Shown: positions 39,497-51,800 of the stretch, piece by piece
Position numbering within the stretch: position 1 is the first letter of the stretch
How the letters are laid out: every line of letters begins with the position of its first letter
DNA from: an uncultured Candidatus Rokubacteria bacterium
GTDB lineage: Bacteria > Methylomirabilota > Methylomirabilia > Rokubacteriales > DASRDR01
Assembly (NCBI GenBank): GCA_963805625.1
Contig: CAWDVE010000017.1
Coordinates: forward strand, 416,001-480,000
Direction: 5' to 3'
Length of the DNA: 64,000 bases
Notes under the pieces: generated by a model
The model's input: only the letters and a program-made list of their open reading frames with translations
The model's database searches: none
Told to the model about the DNA's origin: nothing
Program-made: the position numbers and the translations under genes

Positions 39497-41077
39497 GTGA
39501 CGATCCTGGGACCCATCACGCTCCTCGTCCTGATCGTCGCCGCCGTGGTCCTGCTGCCTCTCGCAATACTCGTTGGCATGCTGCTCCAGCGGCAAATCAC
39601 CACACGTCGGCTGGGAGATGTTGCGCAACACGGCCGGCGTGTTCTGGAGGAGGCCGAGCGGAATGCGGAGACCCGCCTGAAGGACGCCGCCATCGAGGCC
39701 AAGGAGGTCGTCTACCGCGCTCGGACCGAGCTCGAGCAGGAGATCCGTGAGCGTCAGAAGGAGGTCCAGGGCCTCGAGCGGCGGTTGAGCCAGAAGGAGG
39801 AGCAGGTCTCGCGGCGGCTCGACCAGTTCGACCGCCGTGACCGTGACTACCACGCGCGCGAGGAAGGTCTGCGCGGACGGGAGCAGGCGCTCAAGGAAGT
39901 CGAGGCGCGACAGCAGGCGCTGGTCGACGAGCAGCGCCGGCAGCTCGAGCGGATCGCGGGTCTGACGGCCGAGGAAGCCAAGCAGCGGCTCCTGGCCCAG
40001 ATGGAGGAGGAGGCCCGGCGCGAGGCCATCCTGATCGCGATGCGACTGGAGGAGGAGGCGCGCGAGGGCGCCGAGCGCAAGGCGCGCGAGGTGCTTGCGA
40101 CGACCATCCAACGACTCGCCCCGGACTACACGGTGGAGACCGCCGTCGCCATCGTAGACCTGCCGTCGGACGACATGAAGGGCCGCATCATCGGCCGCGA
40201 GGGGCGCAACATCCGGGCACTCGAGCTGGCCACCGGTGTAGACCTCATCGTGGACGACACGCCGGAGGCGGTGATCATCTCCGGCTACGATCCGCTCCGG
40301 CGGGAGATCGCCAAGATCACGCTCCAGCGCCTCATCGCCGACGGCCGGATCCATCCGGCTCGGATCGAGGAGGTCGTCGAGAAGGTCAAGAAGGAAATGG
40401 AGCAGCACCTGAAGGAGGAAGGCGAGCGGGCGTGCTTCGAGGTCGGGGTACACGGGCTGCACGCGGAGCTGGTCCGGATGGTGGGGCGGCTCCGGTACCG
40501 CACCTCCTACGGCCAGAACTGCCTCCAGCACTCCAAGGAGGTCGCGTGGCTGGCCGGCATGATGGCGGCCGAGGTCGGGGCCGACGTCAAGCTGGCCAAG
40601 CGCTGCGGCCTCCTCCACGACATCGGCAAGGCTTTGACCCACGAGCAGGAGGGCAGCCACGTCGACCTTTCCGTGGAGCTCCTGTCCAAGTACAACGAGC
40701 CGCGGGCGGTGCTGAACACGATTCTCTCGGGCCACGACCAGGAGGAGCCGGAGACGGTCGAGGCGGTGCTGGTCGAGGCCGCCGACGGCGTCTCGGCGGC
40801 GCGGCCGGGCGCCCGCCGCGACGTGCTCGAGAGCTATATCAAGCGGGTCAAGGCCATGGAGGACATCGCCTGCTCGTTCAAAGGCGTGGACGCGGCCTAT
40901 GCCATCCAGGCGGGCCGCGAGCTCCGGATCATCACCAAGTCGGATCAGATCTCGGACCTCGACACCTACCAGCTCGCCAAGGACATCGCCAAGCGGATCG
41001 AGGCCGAGATGCAGTACCCCGGTCACATCAAGGTGACCGTGATCCGGGAGCACCGCGCGACCGAGTTCGCGCGCTGA
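39497..41077 (+). CDS. rny: ribonuclease Y
   Basis: N-terminal TM, coiled coil, KH (KGRIIGREGRNIR), HD (LLHDIGK), YAIQAGRE. Confidence 0.96.
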   Translation: MTILGPITLLVLIVAAVVLLPLAILVGMLLQRQITTRRLGDVAQHGRRVLEEAERNAETRLKDAAIEAKEVVYRARTELEQEIRERQKEVQGLERRLSQKEEQVSRRLDQFDRRDRDYHAREEGLRGREQALKEVEARQQALVDEQRRQLERIAGLTAEEAKQRLLAQMEEEARREAILIAMRLEEEAREGAERKAREVLATTIQRLAPDYTVETAVAIVDLPSDDMKGRIIGREGRNIRALELATGVDLIVDDTPEAVIISGYDPLRREIAKITLQRLIADGRIHPARIEEVVEKVKKEMEQHLKEEGERACFEVGVHGLHAELVRMVGRLRYRTSYGQNCLQHSKEVAWLAGMMAAEVGADVKLAKRCGLLHDIGKALTHEQEGSHVDLSVELLSKYNEPRAVLNTILSGHDQEEPETVEAVLVEAADGVSAARPGARRDVLESYIKRVKAMEDIACSFKGVDAAYAIQAGRELRIITKSDQISDLDTYQLAKDIAKRIEAEMQYPGHIKVTVIREHRATEFAR

Positions 41078-41114
41078 GCCCGGTCCGCCCGGCTGTTCGG
41101 GTACACTGAGGAAG

Positions 41115-41912
41115 ATGCCCGTGAAGACGCTGACCATCCTGTGCATCGGGGACGTGTTCGGGGAGCCCGGACGCCGGGCGCTCGTGACGTTCCTCCCTCA
41201 GGTCAAGAACGAGCTCCAGGTCGACCTGGTGGTGGCCAACGTGGAGAACGCCGCCGCCGGGTTCGGCGTGACGCCGGCGCTGGCGAAGGGGTTCCTCGAG
41301 GCCGGCGTGGATGTGATGACGAGCGGGAACCACATCTGGGATCGGAAGGAGATCTTCGGCTACATCGTCAAGGAGAACCTCCTCCTTCGCCCCGCCAACT
41401 ACCCGGCGGGGACCCCGGGCGTGGGGTCGGTCGTGGTGAAGGCGGGGGCGCACCAGGTGGGCGTGCTGAACCTCCAGGGCCGTACCTTCATGGCCTCGAT
41501 CGACTGTCCGTTCGCGAAGGCCGACGAGGAGCTCCTGCGGCTCCGGACCGAGACCTCGGTGATCGTGGTCGACATGCACGCCGAGGCGACCTCGGAGAAA
41601 CAGGCCATGGGCTGGTATCTCGACGGGCGCGTCTCGGCCGTGGTTGGCACTCACTCGCACGTCCAGACGGCCGACGAGCGCATCCTGACACAGGGGACGG
41701 CGTATCTCACCGACCTCGGCCTGACCGGTCCCATCGACTCCGTGATCGGCGTCGAGCCCGAGCTGGCTATCCAGCGGTTCCGGACGGGGATGCCGAGCCG
41801 GTTCGAGCCGGCCCGGGGCCGGGCCCGGTTCCAGGGGGCCGTGATCCGGATCGATCCGGAATCGGGGCGCGCGCTCTCGATCGAGCGCGTCCAGCGGGAT
41901 CTCCCCACCTGA
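41115..41912 (+). CDS. ymdB: YmdB-family metallophosphoesterase
   Basis: IGDVFG, NVENAA, SGNH, DMHAEATSEK, GTHSHVQTADE. Confidence 0.92.
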   Translation: MPVKTLTILCIGDVFGEPGRRALVTFLPQVKNELQVDLVVANVENAAAGFGVTPALAKGFLEAGVDVMTSGNHIWDRKEIFGYIVKENLLLRPANYPAGTPGVGSVVVKAGAHQVGVLNLQGRTFMASIDCPFAKADEELLRLRTETSVIVVDMHAEATSEKQAMGWYLDGRVSAVVGTHSHVQTADERILTQGTAYLTDLGLTGPIDSVIGVEPELAIQRFRTGMPSRFEPARGRARFQGAVIRIDPESGRALSIERVQRDLPT

Positions 41913-41926
41913 TCCGGGCCTCCGCC

Positions 41927-42781
41927 GTGGCGCAGATCCTCGACGGCAAGGTCGTGGCCGCGAAGGTCCAGGCGGTCGTGGCCGAGGGTGTCGGCGCGCT
42001 TCGCGCGCGGGGCGTGCGCCCCGCTCTCGCGGTCGTGCTGGTGGGCGAGGACCCGGCCTCGAAGGTCTACGTCGGCGGCAAGCGACGGGCCTGCCAGGTG
42101 CTCGGCATCGAGGCGCGCGACCATCTCTTTCCAGCGGGGCTGACCCAGGCCGACCTCCTGGCCCTGATCCGAGAGCTGAACGCCGACCGGACGATTCACG
42201 GGATCCTCGTCCAGCTGCCCTTGCCCTCCGGGATCGACGAGGATCGGGTGATCGCCGCCGTCGACCCCGCGAAGGACGTGGACGGCTTCCACCCTGAGAA
42301 CCTCGGCCGGCTGCTCGCGGGCATGCCCGGAGTCCTCCCGTGCACGCCGGCGGGGGTGATCGAGATCCTCGACCACTATGGCGTCGACCTGAAGGGTGCG
42401 GAGGCCGTGGTGGTGGGCCGCTCGCGCATCGTGGGGAAGCCGCTGGCGCAGCTCCTCCTCGGCCGCCACGCGACCGTCACGATGTGTCACACGCGGACGC
42501 GTGACCTCGCCGCTCACACGCAGCGCGCCGAGATCCTCGCGGTTGCGGCCGGCCGCCCGGCGGTGGTGACCGGGGACATGGTCCGGCCCGACGCCGTCGT
42601 GGTGGACGTCGGCGTGACCCGACTCGCGAACGGGAAGCTCGTCGGGGACGTGGACTTCGCCACCGTGAGCCCGCGGGTGCGCGCGATCACACCCGTGCCC
42701 GGCGGCGTGGGACCGATGACGATCGCGATGCTGATGCGAAACACGCTCGACGCCGCTCGTCGCCAGGCGGGGCTTGGCTGA
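41927..42781 (+). CDS. folD: bifunctional methylenetetrahydrofolate dehydrogenase/cyclohydrolase
   Basis: HGILVQLPLP, KDVDGFHP, PCTP, GRSRIVGKP, TPVPGGVGPMT. Confidence 0.96.
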   Translation: MAQILDGKVVAAKVQAVVAEGVGALRARGVRPALAVVLVGEDPASKVYVGGKRRACQVLGIEARDHLFPAGLTQADLLALIRELNADRTIHGILVQLPLPSGIDEDRVIAAVDPAKDVDGFHPENLGRLLAGMPGVLPCTPAGVIEILDHYGVDLKGAEAVVVGRSRIVGKPLAQLLLGRHATVTMCHTRTRDLAAHTQRAEILAVAAGRPAVVTGDMVRPDAVVVDVGVTRLANGKLVGDVDFATVSPRVRAITPVPGGVGPMTIAMLMRNTLDAARRQAGLG

Positions 42782-44198
42782 GCCGATGGCCGTCCTGCCC
42801 CTTCCGATGCCGGACGCCGGCCGCCGGGTCTTCACGGTCTCGGAGCTGACTCGCGCGGTGAAGGACACCCTCGAGGGGCGCTTCGGTGGGCTCTGGGTCG
42901 AGGGAGAGATCTCGAACCTCCGGGTGCACAGCTCGGGGCACGTCTACTTCACGCTGAAGGACGAGGAAGCCCAGATGCGGGCCGTCCTCTTCCGAGGCCG
43001 CATGCGGCGGGTCCGCTTCGAGCCCGCCGACGGGCTCCACGTTCTCGCCTTCGGTCGACTCGACGTCTACGCGGTGCGGGGCGAGTACCAGCTCGTGTGC
43101 GAGGTGCTGGAGCCGAAGGGCCTGGGCGCACTCCAACTCGCCTTCGAGCAGCTAAAGGCCCGACTCGCCGCCGAGGGGCTCTTCGACCCTGCACGGAAGC
43201 GCGCGCTGCCGACGCTTCCGCGGCGCGTCGGACTCGTCACTTCGCCGACGGGTGCCGCGGTCCGGGACTTCCTGCGGGTCGTCACCCGGCGCTTCGCGGG
43301 CCTCCAGGTCCTCGTGTGCCCCGTCCGCGTCCAGGGCGACACCGCGGCCGGTGAGATCGCCGAGGCGCTCGGGACGCTCAACCGGCTGGGCGACCTCGAC
43401 GTGATCGTGCTGGCCCGCGGCGGCGGGTCGCTCGAGGACCTCTGGGCGTTCAACGAGGAGGTCGTCGCGCGGGCGATCGCGGCGTCGAAGATCCCGGTGA
43501 TCTCCGCGGTCGGGCACGAGACCGACGTGACGATCGCCGACTTCGTGGCCGACCTGAGAGCGCCGACGCCGTCCGCCGCGGCTGAGCTGGTCGTGCGGGA
43601 GAAGACCGAGCTCGTGCGCCAGGTGGCAGCGCTCCGCGCGCGGCTCGGGCAGGCGATCGGCAAGCGTACCGGGCGCCTCGCCGACCGGCTCGCCGACTTT
43701 CGCCGGCGGCGAGTCCTGACGGACCCCGGCCGCCCGCTGCGGGACTGGGCGCGGCGCGTGGACGACCTCGGCACCCGCCTCGGCCGCGCGATGGCTCGTC
43801 ACGATGCGCGCGCGCGCGAGCGGCTCGCGCGAGCCGCGCGAGCCCTCCGGCCCGCCCTCCTCGGAGCGCCCGTGCGTCACCGGCGAGAGCTCGCCGGCCA
43901 GCTGGGGGGCCGGCTCGAGCGCGCGCTCCGCGGCGAGACCGCTCGCCGCCGGCGCGCGGTGGAGGCGCTGGCCGCGCGACTCGACGGCCTGAGCCCGCTG
44001 GCCTGTCTCGCCCGGGGCTACGCGATCGCCGTCTCGCCCTCTGGCGAGGTGCTGACGCGCGCGGACCGCGTGCGGATCGGCGAGCGCGTCACCGTCCGGC
44101 TTCACCAGGGAAGCCTGGGCTGCCGGGTCGAGGAGGTGGACCGCCCTGGCGCGCCGGCGGGACGCGGACGTGGAGAGAGCGATGCCGGCCACGCCTGA
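42774..44198 (+). CDS. xseA: exodeoxyribonuclease VII large subunit
   Basis: WVEGEISN, SGHVYFTLKD, RGGGSLEDLWAFN, SAVGHETD, LARGYA. Confidence 0.96.
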   Translation: MAEPMAVLPLPMPDAGRRVFTVSELTRAVKDTLEGRFGGLWVEGEISNLRVHSSGHVYFTLKDEEAQMRAVLFRGRMRRVRFEPADGLHVLAFGRLDVYAVRGEYQLVCEVLEPKGLGALQLAFEQLKARLAAEGLFDPARKRALPTLPRRVGLVTSPTGAAVRDFLRVVTRRFAGLQVLVCPVRVQGDTAAGEIAEALGTLNRLGDLDVIVLARGGGSLEDLWAFNEEVVARAIAASKIPVISAVGHETDVTIADFVADLRAPTPSAAAELVVREKTELVRQVAALRARLGQAIGKRTGRLADRLADFRRRRVLTDPGRPLRDWARRVDDLGTRLGRAMARHDARARERLARAARALRPALLGAPVRHRRELAGQLGGRLERALRGETARRRRAVEALAARLDGLSPLACLARGYAIAVSPSGEVLTRADRVRIGERVTVRLHQGSLGCRVEEVDRPGAPAGRGRGESDAGHA

Positions 44199-44448
44199 GC
44201 CAGCCCCGACGCGCGAGGACGGCCCGAAGTTCGAGGCGGCGATGGCGCGCCTCGAGGAGATCGTCCACGCGCTCGAGGCCGGGAATCTGTCGCTCGACGA
44301 CTCCCTGCGGGTCTTCGAGGAAGGGACCGGGCTCCTGCGCCTGTGCACCCGGCGCCTCGAGGAGGCGGAGCGGCGGATCGAGATTCTGATGCAGGATGAG
44401 GGAGGGGTGCGAGCCGAGCCGTTCCGCTGGGAGGAGGGGCAGGGATGA
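44182..44448 (+). CDS. xseB: exodeoxyribonuclease VII small subunit
   Basis: FEAAMARLEEIV..LE..LSLDDSL..FEEG. Confidence 0.93.
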   Translation: MPATPEPAPTREDGPKFEAAMARLEEIVHALEAGNLSLDDSLRVFEEGTGLLRLCTRRLEEAERRIEILMQDEGGVRAEPFRWEEGQG

Positions 44449-44548
44449 GCCGACGGGCCGCCGCGGGCCGTCACAGGCCGAAGGCCGTCGAAACAAGGCC
44501 GTCCGATCAACACCGTTCGATCAACCCCGAGCGGAGCGAGGACGTCCT

Positions 44549-45448
44549 GTGACGGCGTTCGACCTCGAGGGCTACTTCGCGGAGCGCCGGCGCGCCGTGG
44601 ACGAGGCGCTCGAGCGGTATCTGCCTCCGGCGACCGCCCCCCCGCCGGTCATCCACGAGGCGATGCGATACAGTGTCTTCGCGGGCGGCAAGCGTCTCCG
44701 CCCCATCCTGGTGATCGCGGGCGCCGAGGCGGTGGGCGGCCAGATGGACGACGTCATGCCCACCGCCTGCTGCTTCGAGCTGATCCACACCTATTCCCTG
44801 GTCCACGACGACCTGCCCGCCATGGATGACGACGACTACCGCCGCGGGCGACTCACGAACCACAAGGTCTTCGGCGAGGCGATCGCCGTTCTCGCCGGGG
44901 ACGCGCTCCTCACCCACGCGCTCGGGCTTGTCGCCGTCAACTTCGGTCTGGGCAAGGCGGCGCCCGAGGTGTTCCCGCGGGTCCTCGCCGAGATCACCGG
45001 AGCTGCCGGCACCGACGGGATGGTCGGGGGCCAGGTCGTGGACGTGCAGTCCGAGGGGAAGGCGGTTCCGGCCGAGACCCTGGAGTACATCCACACGCGG
45101 AAGACCGCGGCCCTCATCCGGGGAGCCCTCCGGTCGGGCGCGCTCCTGGCCGGCACCTCGGAGCCCGCGCTGGCGGCGCTCACGGCGTACGGCGACCGGA
45201 TCGGCCTCACGTTCCAGATCGTGGACGACATCCTCGACGTCGAGGGCTCGCTCGAGACGCTCGGCAAGACGGCAGGGAAAGACGAACGGCAGCAGAAGGT
45301 CACCTACCCGGGGCTTCACGGTCTCCCGGCGTCCAAGGCGCGGGCGGCCGTGCTCACCCGGGAGGCCCATGCCGCCCTCGCGCCCCTCGGGCCGGCGGCG
45401 GAGCCGCTTCGCGCCCTGGCCGACTTCATCCTGAACCGGCGGGCCTGA
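44549..45448 (+). CDS. ispA: geranyltranstransferase / farnesyl diphosphate synthase
   Basis: GGKRLRP, HDDLPAMDDDDYRRG, FQIVDDILD. Confidence 0.93.
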   Translation: MTAFDLEGYFAERRRAVDEALERYLPPATAPPPVIHEAMRYSVFAGGKRLRPILVIAGAEAVGGQMDDVMPTACCFELIHTYSLVHDDLPAMDDDDYRRGRLTNHKVFGEAIAVLAGDALLTHALGLVAVNFGLGKAAPEVFPRVLAEITGAAGTDGMVGGQVVDVQSEGKAVPAETLEYIHTRKTAALIRGALRSGALLAGTSEPALAALTAYGDRIGLTFQIVDDILDVEGSLETLGKTAGKDERQQKVTYPGLHGLPASKARAAVLTREAHAALAPLGPAAEPLRALADFILNRRA

Positions 45449-45458
45449 AGGACCGTGA

Positions 45459-46780
<1,322 letters not shown>

Positions 46781-46781
<1 letters not shown>

Positions 46782-47119
46782 TGGTGACGCGGCTCACGCG
46801 TCCCGGGTGGATCGTGGTCGGGGCGCTCCTCATCCTCGCGGTGATGGCGGTTTTCGGCGACAATGGCGTGCTTGCCCTGAGGCGGCTTCGTGGCGAGGTC
46901 GACACGCTCGTCCGCGAGTTGCGGACGCTCGAAGCCGAGAACGAGCGCCTGTCCCGGGCGATCTCCGAGCTCCAGGAGGACCCGGCCGTCATCGAGCGGA
47001 TTGCCCGAGAGGAGCTCGGACTGGTCCGGCCCGGCGAGCGGGTGCTGCGCTTCCCGCGCAGCGCCCGGCCCGGCGAGTCGGCCCCGGCGCTCCCGTCGTC
47101 TCCGCCGCGGTCCCCGTAA
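46781..47119 (+). CDS. ftsB: septum formation initiator FtsB/DivIC
   Basis: TM segment, FGDNG, coiled coil, IERIAREELGLVRPGE; follows eno. Confidence 0.88.
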
Positions 47120-47152
47120 CCGCGGCAGGCCGACGACGCTTCGAGGGGACTG

Positions 47153-48715
47153 ATGCGCTGGACGTGGTTCGAGCCGTACACGGGCTGGCTCTTCCTCGCC
47201 ACCCTGCTGTTCAATCTCCGCGCCGCCTGGAAGCTCGCGATCGACTGGGCCGGGATGCTAACGACCGTCCGGTTCGTCCAGGCCGGCTATGCGCGCCGCG
47301 GGGAGCTTCCGCCGGAGGAGTCCCTCAGGGCGCGTGCCGGCGCCCCCGTGTTCCTGACGCTCGTCGCCGCCTACCAGGAGCCGGGGATCGCGGCGACGAT
47401 GCGAGGGCTCCTCGCCCTCCGCTACCCGGGCGAACGCGCGCGGTATGTCGTCGTCACGAAAGCGGGGGAAGACGCCGTGCCCCACCCGGCGATGCCGGAG
47501 AGCACCGGGACGCTCTGCCAGCAGTTCCTCGGGGACCTGCCGCCCTACGACGCCAAGCGGCTCGTGCATCTCGTCCTGCCCGGGCCCGGGCGCAAGGCCG
47601 AGCAGCTCAACTGGGCGCTCCGATCCGAGGCGCTCGCCCAGGTCCTCGAGGCCGACGCCGCCGATCCGTCGCGGGTGTTCGTCGGCGTGTTCGACGCCGA
47701 CTCGGTTCCCGATCCCGACACGCTCCGCTGGATCGCCGGGGAGGAGCTCGCGGGCCGCGGGGCGCTCGCCTACCAGGGCGTCACGCTGTCCCTCGCGAAC
47801 TGGGGGGCGCTCGGGATCCGCGGCCGGATCTGCGCCATCCAGCAGTCATCCATCTTCACGCGCGTGTCGCTGGCGCGCCTCGTCAACGAGGTCCGGCGCA
47901 TCCGCCTCATCGATCGCGCGACGGCCCGGATTCCGGGGCGGGCGGGCCGGTGGGCCCGGACGGCGCTCGAGTTCTGCTTCCGCCGATCCCAGATCTGCCT
48001 CGGACACCATCAGTTCGTCCGGCTCGACGTGCTCCAGGGCCTCGGCGGATTCCCGACCGGCGGGGCGACGGAGGACTCGACGCTCGGGTACACGCTCGGC
48101 GCGCGGAGAATCCTGATTCGCCCCATGCCGATGATCGAGCTGACGGACTTGCCGGAGACGAAGGAAAAGATCGTCCGCCAGAACGCTCGCTGGTACCAGG
48201 GCGTGCTCGATGACATCGCCTACCTCTGGGTGACATGGCGTGCCGCGCCGACGGCGTTCAACCTCGCTCAGTTGATCCGCCACGTGGTCAACAAGGTCGT
48301 GGAGTGGCCCATCGCCGCGTTCGTCTACCCGGCCATGGGATACCTCGGCTGGCACTTCGCCTATGCGTACCGGCAGGACCAGCCGCTGCTCTTCTTCGTC
48401 GCGGTGGCGGCGCCCACGCTGTCCCTCGGGCTGACCATCTGGGTCGGCGGGGTGGTGACGCAGCGCGAGGTGCAGGCCATGGAGCCGTACTTGCCCCGGC
48501 CCACCCCGCTCGGTTGGACGAGCTGGGGCGAGTGGCTGCTCGCGACGTTCCGCTGCCAGACCTACTGGCTCCTCGCCACGCGTGCGGCGTGGCGAGTCCT
48601 GTGGCAGACCGCGCGCGACGGCCGCTACGAGCCGAGCAAGACGGACCGGGTGACGCGGGTGGCGGGCGGGCAGGGCTGGCTCGATCGCGTGGTCGGGGAC
48701 CGGCTGGGTCGCTGA
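47153..48715 (+). CDS. membrane-bound GT2 glycosyltransferase, processive type
   Basis: KAEQLN, DADS (DxD), TED, QNARW (QxxRW), flanking TM helices. Confidence 0.8.
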   Translation: MRWTWFEPYTGWLFLATLLFNLRAAWKLAIDWAGMLTTVRFVQAGYARRGELPPEESLRARAGAPVFLTLVAAYQEPGIAATMRGLLALRYPGERARYVVVTKAGEDAVPHPAMPESTGTLCQQFLGDLPPYDAKRLVHLVLPGPGRKAEQLNWALRSEALAQVLEADAADPSRVFVGVFDADSVPDPDTLRWIAGEELAGRGALAYQGVTLSLANWGALGIRGRICAIQQSSIFTRVSLARLVNEVRRIRLIDRATARIPGRAGRWARTALEFCFRRSQICLGHHQFVRLDVLQGLGGFPTGGATEDSTLGYTLGARRILIRPMPMIELTDLPETKEKIVRQNARWYQGVLDDIAYLWVTWRAAPTAFNLAQLIRHVVNKVVEWPIAAFVYPAMGYLGWHFAYAYRQDQPLLFFVAVAAPTLSLGLTIWVGGVVTQREVQAMEPYLPRPTPLGWTSWGEWLLATFRCQTYWLLATRAAWRVLWQTARDGRYEPSKTDRVTRVAGGQGWLDRVVGDRLGR

Positions 48716-48884
48716 ATGCGGACCCGAGCCTTCGCGCGTCGCGGGCGCGACACCGTGGACTCCCGGCCCGACTGAGCGCCCGGTTCTACCCCGGCCTGGC
48801 GCGGCCGGGACCCGCTGATACCCGCGCGTCCTACCCCGGGCCGCGTGGGCGGAGTATCATGCTGGCGGACGAGACGCGCGGGCC

Positions 48885-51800
48885 ATGACCATGACGTCGA
48901 TGGGCGAGCTGGTGGGCGACAGCCCGGCGATCGTGGCGCTGCGGGAGGAGGTGCGCCGCCTTCTCGCGTCCCTGGGCACCGGCCGGCTTCCGCCGGTCCT
49001 CATCGAAGGTGAGACGGGGACCGGCAAGGGGCTCCTGGCCCGGCTCCTCCACCGGGGTGGGCCCCGTGCGGCCGGGCCGTTCATCGCGATCAACTGCGCC
49101 GCGATTCCCGAGACGCTGCTCGAATCGGAGATGTTCGGCTACGAGCGGGGGGCGTTCACGGACGCCCGTCAGCCGAAGTCGGGGCTCCTCGAGGCGGCGC
49201 AGCGCGGTACCTTCTTCCTCGACGAGGTTGGGCTCCTGCCCGAGGGTGTCCAGGGGAAGCTCCTCAAGGCCATCGAGGACCGCGAGGTCCGTCGCCTCGG
49301 CGCGACGCGGAGCATTGCCCTCGACGTCTGGATCATCGCGGCCACTAGCGAGGACCTCGCGGCGGCGCGTCAGGCGGGCAGGTTTCAGGAGGCGCTCTAC
49401 CACAGGCTGTCGGTCCTGACCTTCCGGTTGCCCGCCCTTCGGACTCGCGGGGACGACGTCGTCCTCCTGGCCGAGCGGTTCCTCGCCCGCGCGTGCGCGG
49501 AGTACGGCCTCGGCATCAAGCGGCTCGGCACCGACGCGCGCCGGCTGCTGCTCGAGTATCCCTGGCCCGGCAACGTGCGCGAGCTCGAGAACGTCATGGA
49601 GCGGGTCGCGTTGCTCGGGGAGGAGGCGATCGTGGGGGCTGAGCGGCTCGGGCTCGCGCTGCCCACCGGCCGCCGGCCCCGCGCCGCGGAACCGCCGAGC
49701 GCGGCGGGGCCGGCGACGGCGGATGGGGACGACGTCGAGCCGCTCCTCCTGGCCCTCGAGCAAACGAGCTGGAACGTCTCCCTGGCCGCTCGTCGTCTCG
49801 GAATCTCCCGGAACGCGATCCGCTATCGCATCGAGAAGCACGGGCTACGCCCCGGGCCGCCTCGGCCGGGTCCGGCTCGGCCGCTCGCTGATCAGCCGGC
49901 GCCCGAGGCGGCGCCGCTGACCCCGGTGGCGCCGGCGAGCCTACCGTCCGCGGCCCCCGCGCGAGGCGTGACCTCGACGCCGGCCCCCGCACCGGCGGAG
50001 CTGCGCGGGATCCCGACCGTGCGCTGGGAGCAGCGGCGGGTGACGCTGCTCCGCGCGGCCCTCGCGATGGGTCAGACCCCGACCCCAGTGCCCGACCGTT
50101 ACGCCGGGCTCGACCTCGTGGTGGGGAAGATCACCACGTTCGGCGGGCGCCTCGAGGAGCTCGCCGCCACGGGGATCGTCGCGGCGTTCGGGCTCGACCC
50201 CGTGGAGGACGCGCCGCGCCGGGCCGCGCACGCAGCGATGGCGATCCTGAGGGCGACGCAGCGCGCCCGCGCGGAGGGCGAGGCGGTCGACATCCGGCTC
50301 GCCATCCACGTCGGCGAGGTGGTGGTCGGTCAGGCGAGCGGGACGGCCGAGATGGCGCTCGAGAGCAAGCAGGAGAGCTGGGCGCTGCTCGGTGCCCTTC
50401 TGGCCCAGGCCGAGCCCAACAGCATCGTCGTCAGCGAGGCCGCGGTGCCGTTCCTCGAGCCGCGCTTCGATCTGCTTCCCGGCGAGGCGGGGCCGGCCCT
50501 GCCGGGGCGGACGTATCGTCTCGTCGGGCTCGAGCCGTCGGCCCTCGAGCCGCGACGACGGCTGGCCCGCTTCGTCGGTCGGGGTCGCGAACTGGAGCTG
50601 GTCCAGAGCCAGTTCGCCGCGGCTGAACGCGGACACGGCCAGGTGGTGGGCATCGTCGGCGAGGCCGGCATCGGCAAGACGCGGCTCGTGACGGAGTTCC
50701 GGCAGCTGCTGGGGCCGGAGGGGATCTGCCTCGAGGCGCACTGCCTGTCGTACGGGACGGCGATCCCGTATCTGCCGCTCCTCGACATCGTCCGGTCGGC
50801 CTGCGGACTTCTCGACGGCGATTCTCCCGAGACCCTGGCCGGGAAGGTGCGGGAGCGGCTCCGGGCGCTCGGGCTCGAGCCGGGCGACGGGGCGGCGTAT
50901 CTGCTTCAGCTCCTGGGCGTGAAGACCGACGCCGACCGTCTCGATGCCCTGAGCCCCGAGGCCGTGCAGGCGCGCACCTTCGAGACGCTCCGGCAGCTGA
51001 CGCTGCGGGCGAGCCGGCGGCAGCCCCTGGCGCTCGTCGTCGAGAACCTCCACTGGATCGACCGGGCATCGGAGGAGTACCTCGCGTCGCTGGTCGAGAT
51101 CGTGCCCGGCGCCGGCGTGCTCCTGCTCTTCACCTACCGGCCCGGCTACCGGCCGCCGTGGATCGACAAGTCGTACGCGACGCAGATCGCTCTCCAGCCG
51201 CTCGCGCCCCGGGACAGCCTCGCCCTCGTCCGCTCGGTGGTGCCGGCCGAGACCGTTCCGGACACGCTCGCCGAGGCAATCCTCGCTCGCGCCGAAGGGA
51301 ACCCGTTCTTCCTGGAGGAGCTCGTCCTCGTGGTGGCCGAGCGAACCGGCGATTCCGCGACCCCGGCGGTGCCCGCGACGGTCCAGGACGTTCTCCTGGC
51401 ACGGATCAGCCGTCTGTCGGAGGAAGCGAAGTGGGCGCTCCAGACGGCTGCAGTGCTGGGCCGCGAGGTACCGTTTGATCTCCTGCGGGCAATCTGGACC
51501 GGTCCCGGCCCCCTCGAGCCCCAGCTTCGCGAGCTCACGCGGCTCGAGTTCCTCCACGGGCACGGCGGCCTCGAGGAGCCCGTCTACTCCTTCAAGCACG
51601 CTCTCACCCGCGAGGTGGCGTACGAGAGCTTGATGCCAAGCCGCCGGCGGGAGCTTCATGCGGCGGCGGGGGAGGCGCTCGAGCGCCTGTACGCGGGGCG
51701 TCTCGAGGAGATCGCGGACCGGCTCGCGCACCACTATGCGCGGGCGGAGCGGGCCTCGAAGGCCGTGCCCTATCTCGTGCGCGTCGCGGAGCGGGCGGCG

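Noticed and set aside
44449-44548. REP-like element between xseB and ispA (repeated GGCCG/GGCCGTC)
   Set aside because: Single occurrence in the window; cannot be supported as a repeat family.
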